This document shows, in pieces, positions 26,137 through 37,314 of a stretch of DNA of 64,000 bases; within the stretch, counting starts at the first letter, position 1, and every line of letters begins with the position of its first letter. The notes below the pieces were generated by a model. The model had not been told where the DNA came from, ran no database searches, and was given only the letters and a program-made list of their open reading frames with translations. The position numbers and the translations under genes were made by a program. The DNA lies in NCBI GenBank assembly GCA_963831155.1, contig CAWHOY010000006.1, positions 138,987 to 202,986 of the forward strand, in the 5' to 3' direction. The stretch is from an uncultured Acidimicrobiaceae bacterium (lineage in GTDB: Bacteria; Actinomycetota; Acidimicrobiia; Acidimicrobiales; Bog-793).

Positions 26137-26979
26137 CAACGCGCGATCAGGGCCCGGTCGCGCCCGGCGAGGTCGCGTCGGACTTCGACCGACCGTGCGC
26201 CAGCCGCGCGTGCACACGAGCGCGCGGCGTCCGACTGCGACGGAGCGATCTCGACGACAACGGCACCTCCTCTAACGATCACGTCCGGGGCACCCGAGAT
26301 CACGGCGACTATTGCTTCTGTCCCGAGCGGCCCGGCAACGAGCGCCGTCTTGGGGTCGAAGTCGCGGACGACGGGGTCTAGTCCTCCCCATTCGTGCTCC
26401 GCGACGTACGGGGGGTTCGACACCACGACGTCGACGCGTCCCCGAAACTGTTCGGGGATTGCCTCAAACCAGTCGCCGATTCGCACATCGATACGGCTGG
26501 CGACGGATGCGGCGAGCCGATCACGATTCGACTTCGCCAACGCGACCGCGTCCTCGGACACGTCGACCGCGATCACTGTCGCTTGCGGGTGTTCGCTCGC
26601 GATCGAGCAGGCGATCGCACCTGATCCGGTGCCGAGATCGACGACGATCGGAATTCCTTGCACTCGTGCCAACTCACCGAGCGCGTACTCGGCAATCAAT
26701 TCGGTCTCTGGCCGGGGAACGAGCGCGCGTCGATCGACGAGCAGGTCAACCGTGCGAAAGGGCCAGTGTCCGAGCACGTGTTGCAGCGGCTCGCCGGCAA
26801 GTCGGCGTTCGACGAGGCGAAGGAACCTGGCTCTCTCGGACGCGCGTGGAACCGAGTTCTTGACGTCCCGATAAGTCGGGCCGGCTGACTTCGTAACGTC
26901 ATCAGCGATCCAACGCGCCTCAGTCGACGTTCCGAGCGAGATGCCCGCATCGCGGACGAGCCCACTCCAAGTCGGAGTG

Positions 26980-28050
<1,071 letters not shown>

Positions 28051-28116
28051 CAGATGCAGCTACCAATCGTGATCGGGCGTCCCCCGGTCGCGCCTACGTT
28101 CACATCCGGAATGCGG

Positions 28117-28332
28117 TCAGCGCTTGCGCTTTCCCCGCTGTCCGTAACGACGTTCGAAGCGCTCGACTCGGCCACCGGTGTCGACGAGCTTCTGCTTGCC
28201 CGTGTAGAAGGGGTGGCACTCGTTGCACAGCTCGACATGGAGCTCCGCCTTGGTCGAGCGCGTCGTAAAGGTGTTGCCGCATGAACAGCGCACCGTCGCG
28301 ACGACGTAGTTCGGGTGAATTTCAGCCTTCAT
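28117..28332 (-). CDS. rpmE: 50S ribosomal protein L31 (Zn-binding type)
   Basis: MKAEIHPNY..., CxC...CxxC cysteines, HPFYTGKQ. Confidence 0.95.
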   Translation of the reverse strand: MKAEIHPNYVVATVRCSCGNTFTTRSTKAELHVELCNECHPFYTGKQKLVDTGGRVERFERRYGQRGKRKR

Positions 28333-28377
28333 GGTGACCTCGATGCTAACGGCGGGACGACGTGCCTCCGAGAACGC

Positions 28378-30066
28378 TCAGGCGCCCGGCGTCGGCGCCT
28401 TCGCGATCTCAGCGAGGAACTCGTCATTCGACGAAGTGGTCTTGATCTTGTCCATCAACAGCTCGAGGCCCGCTGCCGAGTTCCCTTCGCTGCTCAGCGC
28501 GTTGAGCACGCGGCGGAGCTTCCACACCTGCTGGAGCTGTGACCGTTCGAACAACAGCTCTTCGTGGCGGGTCGAACTCGCGTTCACGTCGATCGCCGGG
28601 TAGATCCGCCGCTCCGCGAGTCGACGGTCGAGGCGGATCTCCATGTTTCCGGTGCCCTTGAACTCCTCGAAAATGACCTCGTCCATTTTCGAACCGGTCT
28701 CGACGAGCGCGGTCGCGAGGATCGTCAGCGAGCCGCCTTCTTCGACGTTTCTTGCCGCACCAAAAAACTTCTTCGGCGGATAGAGCGCGCCGGAGTCGAC
28801 GCCACCGGACATGATTCGGCCGGTCGCGGGCTGCGCGAGGTTGTAGGCGCGGGCGAGGCGGGTTATCCCGTCGAGCAGGATCACGACGTCGCGCCCCATC
28901 TCGACGAGGCGCTTTGCCCGCTCGATCGTGAGCTCGGAAACCGCGGTGTGCTCATCCGCGGGGCGATCGAAGGTCGACGCGATCACCTCACCCTTCACGG
29001 TGCGCCGCATGTCGGTGACTTCTTCAGGACGCTCGGCGACCAGCAGCACGATGAGATGGACATCGGGATTGTTCGCCTCGATCGAGTGAGCAATCTGCTT
29101 CATCACCGTCGTCTTGCCGGCCTTCGGGGGCGAGACGATCATCCCGCGCTGGCCGCGACCGATCGGCGAGATCAGGTCGACAATGCGCGCCGTGAGGTTG
29201 CCCGTGTCCCCGGGCATCTCAAGACGCAGTTGGCTGTCGGGGAACAGCGGCGTGAGATCTTCAAAACGCGGCCGCTGACGTGCTTCATCGGGCTGCAGTC
29301 CGGACACCGAGTCGATGCGGACGAGCGCGGGGTACTTCTCGCTCGGTCCAGCAGGGCGGCAGGCGCCTTCGATTGCGTCGCCGCGGCGCAGCGCGAAGCG
29401 GCGCGCCTGGCTGACCGAGACGTAAACGTCCTTCGGGCTCGGCAGGTAGCCGCCGGTTCGCAAGAACCCATAGCCCTCTTCGCGTAGATCGAGCAGCCCC
29501 TTTACTGGGACGAGCTCGCCTTGCCAGGTGGCGTCCTTGTCCGCCGGTTCGCTGCGGTCGCGCCCACGACGACGGCGTCCGCGCCGGTTCGCCGCGTCGA
29601 CGTGTCCCGGACCCTGACCTTGGTGGGGCCGACGATCGGTCCGATGACGCGGGTCGTCCGTTACCGTTTCGACGACGACGCCCGAGTCCTCTTGCTCGCG
29701 CTCACCGTTTTGCTGAACGATCTCGGTCAACTCGTCGACCGAGTCGTCGGTCTCGTATTCCTCTCCGAGATCCACCTCCGGTGCTGCCTCCTTCAACTCT
29801 GTTGCTTCTGGGGATTCGTCGGCATCGAGCACAGTCGCCTGCGTTGCGCTTTTGCGGGTGCCGTTCGGGGAACGGCGGCGCGTCGAGGTCGATCCGTTCT
29901 TCGACGCGGCACCGTTGCCGACGCCCGTCGCCTCCAAGATGAGGTCGATGATGTCGCCCTTTTTCGATCGGGGCGCTGGTTCCAAGGACATCGCGTTCGC
30001 GATCGCTTGGAGCTCATCTCGCTCTTTGGACTCGAGGATCGAGCGCTCGAGCTGCTCTTCGGCCAT
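28378..30066 (-). CDS. rho: transcription termination factor Rho (with long charged N-terminal insertion)
   Basis: Rho_N helix motif, RNA-binding OB domain (GYGFLR), Walker [10 protein letters not shown] ~140-aa Arg/Asp/Glu/Gly-rich insertion is present, as in other Actinobacteria. AGGAG lies 9 nt upstream of the ATG. Confidence 0.95.
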   Translation of the reverse strand: MAEEQLERSILESKERDELQAIANAMSLEPAPRSKKGDIIDLILEATGVGNGAASKNGSTSTRRRSPNGTRKSATQATVLDADESPEATELKEAAPEVDLGEEYETDDSVDELTEIVQQNGEREQEDSGVVVETVTDDPRHRTDRRPHQGQGPGHVDAANRRGRRRRGRDRSEPADKDATWQGELVPVKGLLDLREEGYGFLRTGGYLPSPKDVYVSVSQARRFALRRGDAIEGACRPAGPSEKYPALVRIDSVSGLQPDEARQRPRFEDLTPLFPDSQLRLEMPGDTGNLTARIVDLISPIGRGQRGMIVSPPKAGKTTVMKQIAHSIEANNPDVHLIVLLVAERPEEVTDMRRTVKGEVIASTFDRPADEHTAVSELTIERAKRLVEMGRDVVILLDGITRLARAYNLAQPATGRIMSGGVDSGALYPPKKFFGAARNVEEGGSLTILATALVETGSKMDEVIFEEFKGTGNMEIRLDRRLAERRIYPAIDVNASSTRHEELLFERSQLQQVWKLRRVLNALSSEGNSAAGLELLMDKIKTTSSNDEFLAEIAKAPTPGA

Positions 30067-30407
30067 TAGATCTGCTCCTGATTGTCATGATTCGGTTGCA
30101 CAGGACACCGCTTTGCCGCCTGGGGAGGTAACCCGATTCCTCTGTGTCAGTCCTTCACCGACGTTTCTGGGATCAGGTCCGCCGTGGTCACGTGAGGGGG
30201 CGGTGAAAGGCGTCGAGGCGGCACCACGACGCCGATCGGGGGTGCGGCGGTTGGAACCGGACGCGACCTCGACGGAAACGGAATGTGCCCACCACCGACC
30301 GGAGGCCATTCGCAGACGCGCGAATTCGCCTCTGTCCGATCAGGTAGTGGTCCTAGTGTACCGGCTGGAGAGAGGACCGGCAACGCAATCGGGATTCCTG
30401 CGTGGAA

Positions 30408-31733
30408 TCAGACCTCGAGCCTCAGCAGGTCCTCAGGCGTCTCTCGACGGATGACGACGCGGGCGTCTCCCTTTTCGACGAACACGACCGCCGGTCGCCC
30501 GAGGCGGTTGTAGTTCGAGGCCATCGACATGCCGTACGCGCCGGTGACCGGGGTGGCGAGCAGGTCGCCGACCTCGACGTCGTCGGGCAGGCGCGCGTTC
30601 GAAACGAGGACGTCGCCGGACTCGCAGTGCTTTCCGACGACGCGACACTGAAACGGCCGTGGCGCACCGGTCGCGCGCGGCAAGAACGCCTCGTAGCCGC
30701 TGCCGTACAGCACCGGTCGCGGGTTGTCGCTCATCCCCCCGTCGACGGCAACATACGTACGCACGTCGGGGAGGCGCTTGATCGTACCGACCCGGTAGCA
30801 GGTAACCGCCGAGGTGGCGACGATCGCACGGCCGGGCTCGGCGCCGACACGAATCGACTCGTGGAGGCCCGCCGCGCGGCGCCCGTCGCTGACGGCGTCG
30901 GCCCACTGCGCAATCGTCGGCGCGTCCTCGTCGGTCAGGTACGCGACCCCGAGTCCTCCGCCCACCGACAACTCCTCCAGTTCGTACTTTGCGATCAGCT
31001 GCGAGAGCGACTCGACGAGTCGCTCGAACGAGTCGAGCCGAAGGATCTGACTGCCGATGTGCGCGTGCAATCCGACAACTTCGACGCCTCGCAGCCGTCG
31101 CAACAGCTCGATTGCCCGCGCCGCCTCGCCGGTCGCGAGGGGAAGGCCGAACTTCGAGTCAACGCGACCCGTTGCGACAAAATCGTGGGTGTGAGCCTCG
31201 ATCCCCGGGTTCACCCGAACGAGAACCGAGATCGCACCCGGAGAAGACTCATCGAGAAGTCCGGCGACTCGTTCGATCTCGTCGAACGAGTCAACGACGA
31301 TCCGACCGACCTTGTGATCGAGCGCCAACGCGAGTTCTTCATCGGACTTGTTATTGCCGTGCAGAACGATGCGTTCCCCGGCTGCGCCCGCCGCGATCGC
31401 AACCGCGAGTTCACCACCAGTCGATACGTCGATGTTCAACCCCTCGTCAAGCACGACTTCGAGCACCGCCTTGCAGATGAACGCCTTTGATGCGTACGTG
31501 ACGAGGCCGCCGAAGGCTGCCATCGCTTCGCGACAGCGGGCGCGAACGGTTGCGACGTCGTAGACGAAAAGTGGCGTTCCGTAGGCTTCGGCGAGACCTT
31601 CAAGTTCTATCCCTCCGACAAGCAACTGGCCCTTCGAAGAGACCTCTGCACTGTCGGGCAGGAGATGTCGTCCGATCGGCGCCTCGCTCGGGGCAGGACC
31701 GACTTCGGACTCGAGCTGTTCGGGATCGATCAC
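30408..31733 (-). CDS. lysA: diaminopimelate decarboxylase
   Basis: YGTPLFVYD, PLP lysine in TYASKAF, and CESGD near the C-terminus. GTG 31733 overlaps the argS stop (GTGA). Confidence 0.93.
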   Translation of the reverse strand: MIDPEQLESEVGPAPSEAPIGRHLLPDSAEVSSKGQLLVGGIELEGLAEAYGTPLFVYDVATVRARCREAMAAFGGLVTYASKAFICKAVLEVVLDEGLNIDVSTGGELAVAIAAGAAGERIVLHGNNKSDEELALALDHKVGRIVVDSFDEIERVAGLLDESSPGAISVLVRVNPGIEAHTHDFVATGRVDSKFGLPLATGEAARAIELLRRLRGVEVVGLHAHIGSQILRLDSFERLVESLSQLIAKYELEELSVGGGLGVAYLTDEDAPTIAQWADAVSDGRRAAGLHESIRVGAEPGRAIVATSAVTCYRVGTIKRLPDVRTYVAVDGGMSDNPRPVLYGSGYEAFLPRATGAPRPFQCRVVGKHCESGDVLVSNARLPDDVEVGDLLATPVTGAYGMSMASNYNRLGRPAVVFVEKGDARVVIRRETPEDLLRLEV

Positions 31734-33340
31734 ATCGACTCCGGCGCGCTCACACCGAGAATGCCGAGACCTATCAACAATCCCGCCCTTACGGCTTCGA
31801 CGAGAACAAGACGTGCGCCGCTCAGCTCGTCGCTGATCTCATCGCCGAGCACTCGACAATCGTGGTAGAAGGCGTGAAAGTCTGATGCGAGCTGGCGCAC
31901 CCAGTTCGTCACCTTGTACGGCGCGCGCTCGATCGCCGATTCCTCGACGACCGAGGGAAGGTCGATCAACCGCCGGATGAGCTCGATCTCTCGGGGGTGG
32001 ACGAGCAGCGAGAGCTGCGCTTTTTCGACCGACGGTGTCTTCACTCCGCGGTCTTTCGCCACCCGGCCGATCGACTCGATCCGCGCGTAGGCGTACTGGA
32101 CGTAATAGACGGGATTCTCCATCGACTGGCGTTGCACCGCATCGAGGTCGATCGTCGTCGATTGATTGATCGAGTTCATCAAAGTCAGCAAGCGCGTCGC
32201 ATCCGGGCCAACGGTGTCTATGAGCTCGTCGAGGCGAACGAAATGACCAGCGCGCTTGGACATCTTTCCGCTGACAAGCGAAACGACCTGTCCCAAAAGG
32301 ATTTCGAGACGTCCCGGGTCAATTCCGAGCGCAGAGACACCGGCGCGCAGGCTCGCGACCTGGCCGTGGTGGTCGGCGCCCCAAACATCGATAACGCGGT
32401 CAAACTCTCGAGTGACGAACTTGTCGCGGTGGTACGCGAGGTCCCCCGCCAGGTACGTCGGCTGACCATCCGAGCGCACGAGGACGCGATCGCGACTGTC
32501 CCCAAAGGCCGACGAGCGGAACCACGTCGCGCCGTCCGCGTCGTATAAAGCCCCGCTGTTTCGCAGGATCGCGATCGTCTGGTCGACGAGGCCTGACTCT
32601 TCGATCGATGCCTGGCTGTACCAACGATCGAAGACGATCCCGAGCCGTTCGAGCGTCGCTGTGATGTTGGCAACGATCTTGTCGGAGGCGAACTTCCCCG
32701 CGGTCATCGCTTCGTCGGGTCCTTCGTAGTCGGTAGCCAACTCAACGAGGTACTCCCCTTGGTAGCCCTCCTCCGGCGGCGCGTCGCCGGCGCGACGAGC
32801 AAGCAAGCTTTCACCGAGCAACTTGATCTGGTTCCCGGTGTCGTTGAGGTAGTACTCCCGCTCGACGGCGAACCCGCAACGTTCAAGGAGTCGACCGAGC
32901 GCGTCGCCGTACGCGCCGAACCAGCCGTTGCCGACATGGAGGGGCCCGGTCGGATTCGCCGAGACGAACTCGATCTGGACACGCTCATCGTGGCCGAGGT
33001 TCGGCCGGGCGTAGTCCGCCTCGCCTTCGGTGACGATCGACGCGAGGGCGTCGTGGTAGTAGCTCGACCGAAGACGGAAGTTCACGAATCCCGGACCGGC
33101 AACTTCGACGGATTCGACGTGCTCGACGCCCGCGACTCGAAGACGCGCCGCGAGGTCGTCGGCCACCTGTCTCGGCGGCTCGGATGCCCGCTTCGCGACG
33201 ACTAGGGCGATGTTCGTCGACAGATCGCCGTGCTCTTCTCGTTGCGGGCGCTCGAGGAGGATCTCGTCGCGCGAGGTGTCGATCCCTGCTGATGACAAGG
33301 CCGCTGAGATCGCATCGACGAGGAAATCTGTCGTCGTCAT
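31730..33340 (-). CDS. argS: arginine--tRNA ligase
   Basis: HIGH-type motif ANPTGPLHVGNG and KMSK motif GKMSKRAG. The start is trimmed to ATG 33340 (MTTTDFLVD...). Confidence 0.93.
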   Translation of the reverse strand: MTTTDFLVDAISAALSSAGIDTSRDEILLERPQREEHGDLSTNIALVVAKRASEPPRQVADDLAARLRVAGVEHVESVEVAGPGFVNFRLRSSYYHDALASIVTEGEADYARPNLGHDERVQIEFVSANPTGPLHVGNGWFGAYGDALGRLLERCGFAVEREYYLNDTGNQIKLLGESLLARRAGDAPPEEGYQGEYLVELATDYEGPDEAMTAGKFASDKIVANITATLERLGIVFDRWYSQASIEESGLVDQTIAILRNSGALYDADGATWFRSSAFGDSRDRVLVRSDGQPTYLAGDLAYHRDKFVTREFDRVIDVWGADHHGQVASLRAGVSALGIDPGRLEILLGQVVSLVSGKMSKRAGHFVRLDELIDTVGPDATRLLTLMNSINQSTTIDLDAVQRQSMENPVYYVQYAYARIESIGRVAKDRGVKTPSVEKAQLSLLVHPREIELIRRLIDLPSVVEESAIERAPYKVTNWVRQLASDFHAFYHDCRVLGDEISDELSGARLVLVEAVRAGLLIGLGILGVSAPESM

Positions 33341-33431
33341 GAGAAGAGGCCCGGTTCCATCAGGCAAGTAGCATCGCAGCACCGCAGCGCGATGCCGACT
33401 GGCTGTGGATGCGACGGTTCCCGCACAACCA

Positions 33432-33503
33432 GCCCTCGTAGCTCAGGGGATAGAGCACCGGCCTCCGGAGCCGGGCGCGTGGGTTCGAATCCCGCCGAGG
33501 GCA
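33432..33503 (+). tRNA. tRNA-Arg (anticodon CCG)
   Basis: Hand-folded cloverleaf: acceptor GCCCTCG/CGAGGGC, D stem GCTC/GAGC, anticodon stem CCGGC/GCCGG with loop CTCCGGA (U33, CCG, G37), 4-nt variable loop, T arm GTGGG-TTCGAAT-CCCGC, discriminator A. CCA is not fully encoded. Confidence 0.9.
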
Positions 33504-33504
33504 C
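33458..33504. repeat. attL-like 47-bp direct repeat (3' part of tRNA-Arg)
   Basis: ccggcctccggagccgggcgcgtgggttcgaatcccgccgagggcac is identical base-for-base to 43105..43151. Confidence 0.9.
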
Positions 33505-33575
33505 CTACAGAAAGTCCAGCTCAGCACGCTTATTTACCTCTTGCTCGGAGTCGCACGAGGGCCACGATCCTCCGA

Positions 33576-33595
33576 TCGGCCACAAATCGGCCACA
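33576..33595. repeat. two direct TCGGCCACA copies, 11-bp spacing (candidate arm-type recombinase sites, P' side)
   Basis: TCGGCCACAaaTCGGCCACA lies 72 nt inside the attL repeat. The same 20-mer occurs at 42957..42976. Confidence 0.6.
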
Positions 33596-33883
33596 CGCGC
33601 GTGACGCGCGTTAGGGAACACAGCGGTCACTCACGCAAGACGACGGTCTCTACTCGACACCGACGAGCACGATCGTCATCTTCATAGTTTGACTCTCGAG
33701 TGTCAGACGTCGGCCGCTGAACGAAGCCGCGCCCGTTTCCGACTGCAGCTTGCGGGTGAGTGGAGTCGTGATAGATGAGACCGGGCAACCGGCAGCGTTC
33801 TCGAGTGTTATGGGATGGCCACGACACGACACGACAAGAGGGGCCCCGGAACCTGAATGACCGCTGGCCTCCTGAGTTCGCGC

Positions 33884-34066
33884 TCATGCCTCTCCTGATT
33901 GATCGAGCGGACCGACCCGGAAGCCCGCAGCAGCCAACCACTCGCGCGCGCGGCCGCGTTGGCGTTCGTCAGAGAAGCGATACCAACGCTTCTGGTCGTC
34001 GGGCCAGCGAGCGGCGACGTCGGCCTCGCGATCCTCTCGGCGCCCATCGCGAGCATCGCCGGTCAT
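33884..34066 (-). CDS. small basic protein, unknown function
   Basis: 60-aa ORF (…WPDDQKRWYRFSDERQRGRAREWLAAAGF…). ATG 34066 overlaps the stop of the upstream membrane-protein gene (ATGA). Third codon positions are GC-rich. Confidence 0.5.
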   Translation of the reverse strand: MTGDARDGRREDREADVAARWPDDQKRWYRFSDERQRGRAREWLAAAGFRVGPLDQSGEA

Positions 34067-34728
34067 CGACTGTCGCGGCGTTGCTCTCGTTCCCGTAACG
34101 CTCGGAGGGACCGTCGCGTTCTGTCGGTGGACTTGTCGAGTCGTGTTTCCTGACGTCTGAGGGTGGCCAGGCGCCTTTGGGATTGCTGGACGCGACGTGA
34201 GTCAATGGGACGACCGGAAGAGGCGTCTGCTTCCATCGAGCGGACTTCGGCGCCCAGCTCGCCAATTGTTCGATCTCGTTGTTCGGCGAGTCGATCCAAG
34301 TCTTCTTCGAAGGGGACCGGCTCGCGATCTCCTACTGCAATTGCCCAGAACAGGGTGACAGTTGGAAGCGCGATTACAGCCGGCAGGACGAGGACCTGAG
34401 CTGCCTCGCTGACAGTTCGGCGGTCCAATGCAATAAGCCCTGCCACCTCCGCCGCCCAACCCAGGAAGGTAACAGCAGGTAAGAGCGCAGTGAGGAGGAG
34501 CAACAGCCCCCTGAAGATCCAGTGCATCCGCTCCCGGAACGACTCAAAGCGTCGAAGCTTCCTGTACCGGTAGAGCGCGACCATGCGCCCCAAGAGTGGC
34601 GAGCGCGCCGCGCGTAACTCGACCGCCAACGTGATGAAGAAGATGGGTATCACCGTCACCGACGCTGTGTAGAAGGCGCTATTGAACGGTCGCTGCGCCG
34701 CAACCAACAACGCTGCGAGATCGTTCAT
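34063..34728 (-). CDS. 4-TM membrane protein with C-terminal coiled-coil, unknown function
   Basis: Starts at MNDLAALLVAAQ. ATG 34728 overlaps the MerR-like stop (ATGA). Four hydrophobic helices are followed by an Arg/Glu-rich helical tail of about 80 aa. Confidence 0.6.
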   Translation of the reverse strand: MNDLAALLVAAQRPFNSAFYTASVTVIPIFFITLAVELRAARSPLLGRMVALYRYRKLRRFESFRERMHWIFRGLLLLLTALLPAVTFLGWAAEVAGLIALDRRTVSEAAQVLVLPAVIALPTVTLFWAIAVGDREPVPFEEDLDRLAEQRDRTIGELGAEVRSMEADASSGRPIDSRRVQQSQRRLATLRRQETRLDKSTDRTRRSLRALREREQRRDSR

Positions 34729-35060
34729 CTCTTGCCGGCCAGCTTGTCCTCGAGCTCGATGATTCGACGGATCCCGATCATCGGTATTCCCTCCCCAGCA
34801 AGCAGGACAGCGCGAGCAAGGCGAGCGATGTCGTCTCGCGAATAACGGCGCTGACGACCAGTGCTGCGCTGCGGGGTGATCAAGCCCTCGGTGTCGTAGC
34901 GACGGACAATCTGGACGTCGATGCCGAGCAGATCGGCCACGACCCCGACGGTGAACAGTGCGTGCGCGCCGAGGTGTTGGCCCGCCACCTCGATCCGGCG
35001 GGCCTTGGAGCCTTCGGCGACCGGGATGGTCACGTGGATGAGCAACAGTCCGACAGCCAT
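34725..35060 (-). CDS. MerR-family (HspR-like) transcriptional regulator
   Basis: HTH FTVGVVADLLGIDVQIVRRYDTEGLITPQRSTGRQRRYSRDDIARL followed by GIRRIIELEDKL, which resembles HspR. The start may be GTG 34988 rather than 35060. Confidence 0.75.
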   Translation of the reverse strand: MAVGLLLIHVTIPVAEGSKARRIEVAGQHLGAHALFTVGVVADLLGIDVQIVRRYDTEGLITPQRSTGRQRRYSRDDIARLARAVLLAGEGIPMIGIRRIIELEDKLAGKR

Positions 35061-35083
35061 CTCGAATCACTCCTTCCTGCACA

Positions 35084-35284
35084 ATGAGATGTGCCGCTGA
35101 GCGACAAACAGCTGGAGAGATCCTGCGCCTGATCGCGGCGGGCTTCTCCGACCGAGAGATCGCCAGCCGCGTCTATCTCAGCGAGAACACCGTCAAGTCA
35201 CACGTTCAGGAGATCTTTCGGAAGTTGGACGTCGGGAACCGCGTGGAAGCCGCGCTCAGAGCCAGCAAGGAGGGTCGGATCTGA
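35084..35284 (+). CDS. stand-alone LuxR/GerE-type HTH protein
   Basis: 66 aa: EILRLIAAGFSDREIASRVYLSENTVKSHVQEIFRKLDVGNRVEAA matches the LuxR C-terminal HTH. There is no receiver domain, so it could be a remnant. Confidence 0.6.
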   Translation: MRCAAERQTAGEILRLIAAGFSDREIASRVYLSENTVKSHVQEIFRKLDVGNRVEAALRASKEGRI

Positions 35285-35346
35285 GCAGGTCGGCGAAGAA
35301 AGCAGCTTCCTCTCGTTCCGAGATTAGAGCCTCCCACGCAGCGACA

Positions 35347-36663
35347 TCAGGGGTGCCGAGTCAATTGCCGCGCGCGAAGCACGTAGCACCCGGGCGTGCG
35401 CACACTCGCCCGGAGCGAGGTCGTAGAGGTCACGCACGGTTCACCATCGAGAGACACGATCAAGGGCGTGTCGCTTCTGACTTCGATGACCTTTCCGGCA
35501 GCAATCGTCGCGCCTCGCCGCTGGTCGACGTTGCCGAACATGAGCCGTATCAACCCCGCAGCAGTAAGCCGCAGCGCGCCGCGGAACGACACGATCGTCT
35601 CGAGCAAGCCATCGTCGACTGCCGATCCGGGCAGGGGAATGCCAACCCGACCCCCGAGACGTGGGGCGTTAACGATGGCGACCTGGAATGCTGCACTGGG
35701 GGCGACCAACGGCTCGCCGTCAACCAAGATCCTGACCGACAAGGGTGTGCGCTCCCTCCAGGCTTGCCAGGCCCGAAACGGGTAGACAAGCGGCCGACGC
35801 CACCCGCGGATATCTCGAATGCGCTGGGCGAAGTCGGCTGTCATGCCGTAGGTCGCTGCGTGAGCGAACGAACCGTGGCCGGTCGTTCCAAGATCCATCG
35901 GCGCTGGGTCAGCTGTGGCAACAAGATCGATGGCTTCCTCCGGGCTGAGCGGAAGACCGAGCGACCGGGCCACGTCGTTGCCGGTTCCTGTCGGCACGAT
36001 CGCAAGTGTCCGCCCCGCGTTGCCGGCTTCGAACGCAGCGCGCCCGACCGTTCCGTCACCTCCAGCGACGACGAGGATTCCCTCAGCCGGTAGTGACGCC
36101 AACGATTCGGTCAACGCCCGGCCAAGGCCAGCTCCGGTCGTGCGCACGATGCTCACGATCTCGACTGGCTGGCGCCGTAGGGCCCGCACGGCGCGCCTTG
36201 CGAGATGCGGGGATCCCGAGTGAATGTTGATCACCATCGCGACTTGCCGGCCGCTGCTAGGCCGGGGCCGGCGGTCCGCCGCCTCCTCGGCAGCAGCTAC
36301 CGCAAGCATCGCTCCGGCGAGGCCGCAGATGAACGCAGTCAGGCCCTCCTTCGTGCTCCGTCCCGATCGGAGGGCGGTTCTCGCCTCCAGCATGCCGGCC
36401 GCTAAAAGGAGGGGAATCCGCCATGACGGGACGACGCGACCAATCCCGTACGCGGCGCTAGCGGCACTCAATCGCCAGCTTGGAGAGCCTCCCCTCGCGC
36501 TGAGCTGACCCCCGATGCTGGCCGCGCAAAGCGTGCCGAGGGCGCGCCACCGCTTCTCCTTCACGAGGCGGCCCAGCCCAAAGAGCACGATGGACCCCGA
36601 GACAAGCGGGGTCCATCGCTTGCCCATGACCGACACTCGCCTAGCGGTCATGATCCCCTTCAT
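35347..36663 (-). CDS. diacylglycerol-kinase-family lipid kinase with N-terminal hydrophobic domain
   Basis: DAGK catalytic motifs ILVVAGGDGTVG and AIVPTGTGNDVARSLG. About 130 N-terminal residues carry hydrophobic segments. The start is taken at ATG 36663 (alternatives 36651, 36627). The upstream part of the 552-aa ORF uses A/T-ending codons. Confidence 0.75.
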   Translation of the reverse strand: MKGIMTARRVSVMGKRWTPLVSGSIVLFGLGRLVKEKRWRALGTLCAASIGGQLSARGGSPSWRLSAASAAYGIGRVVPSWRIPLLLAAGMLEARTALRSGRSTKEGLTAFICGLAGAMLAVAAAEEAADRRPRPSSGRQVAMVINIHSGSPHLARRAVRALRRQPVEIVSIVRTTGAGLGRALTESLASLPAEGILVVAGGDGTVGRAAFEAGNAGRTLAIVPTGTGNDVARSLGLPLSPEEAIDLVATADPAPMDLGTTGHGSFAHAATYGMTADFAQRIRDIRGWRRPLVYPFRAWQAWRERTPLSVRILVDGEPLVAPSAAFQVAIVNAPRLGGRVGIPLPGSAVDDGLLETIVSFRGALRLTAAGLIRLMFGNVDQRRGATIAAGKVIEVRSDTPLIVSLDGEPCVTSTTSLRASVRTPGCYVLRARQLTRHP

Positions 36664-37314
36664 CCATCCGGGATACTTGGAAGCAATCGTGAGATTGGCA
36701 CGATCGCCCGGTACCCGACAGCTCCGTCCAGGCAGAGATATCGGGGATGGAAATACCTCTTTAGTGGGAGTCAAGTGCATTCTCGAGGCGGGTCTCATGT
36801 AGGGCGAGTCGAGGCCGTCCACGTCTAACCCATCTACCTGGAGATTTCCTGGAACGGGGAATCTGGTCGCAGCAATATTTTCTAAATCTTCGACTCGCCG
36901 ATCTTGGATCAATGTTCCTTTGTGGGTGAGCCGGCAAAGCAGCATGGGAACGTTTCCAACGAATACAGACGGCGCATCGCGCGCTCGTCGACGTGAACCG
37001 CACATCTAGCGGCTTAGGCGAACCGGCCCAGTCTCGTTGCCTGGCGCGTCGCGTTATCCATCCGGCGTTGTGAGACACCAAGATCCAGGATTCGCTGACG
37101 TTATGGGGCGCGCCGAGCACCGGCGCGTGGGCTCGCTTGCGCGAGCGCTCGTGCATTCGTTAACGGCTCTCGCGCGTGCCATCGCTTGAACGGGTTCGCG
37201 CGCGCTGATGTGGAGAACTGCTGACTTCTCAACCAGTGTTCTAGCGTCAGTCGCATCTCGCACTGGTATGCAGATGCCGCACTACTCCTCGGGGCTGGTG
37301 TCCTTGCCGGCGCG

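Noticed and set aside
33627-33941. ORFs 33627..33941(-) and 33650..33832(-) between attL and the three-gene module
   Set aside because: No motif, moderate GC3 and no translational coupling. A fourth small gene cannot be excluded, but there is not enough support to call one.
34729-35082. N-terminal 118 aa of the 339-aa ORF 34063..35082
   Set aside because: It overlaps the MerR-like gene in another frame and is Arg/Pro/His-rich. ATG 34728 (ATGA-coupled) starts the hydrophobic protein.
36664-37005. N-terminal extension of the DAG-kinase ORF (552-aa version)
   Set aside because: Its codons are mostly A/T-ending, unlike the rest of the gene and the genome, and the sequence looks intergenic. Internal ATGs at 36663/36651/36627 give a sensible protein.
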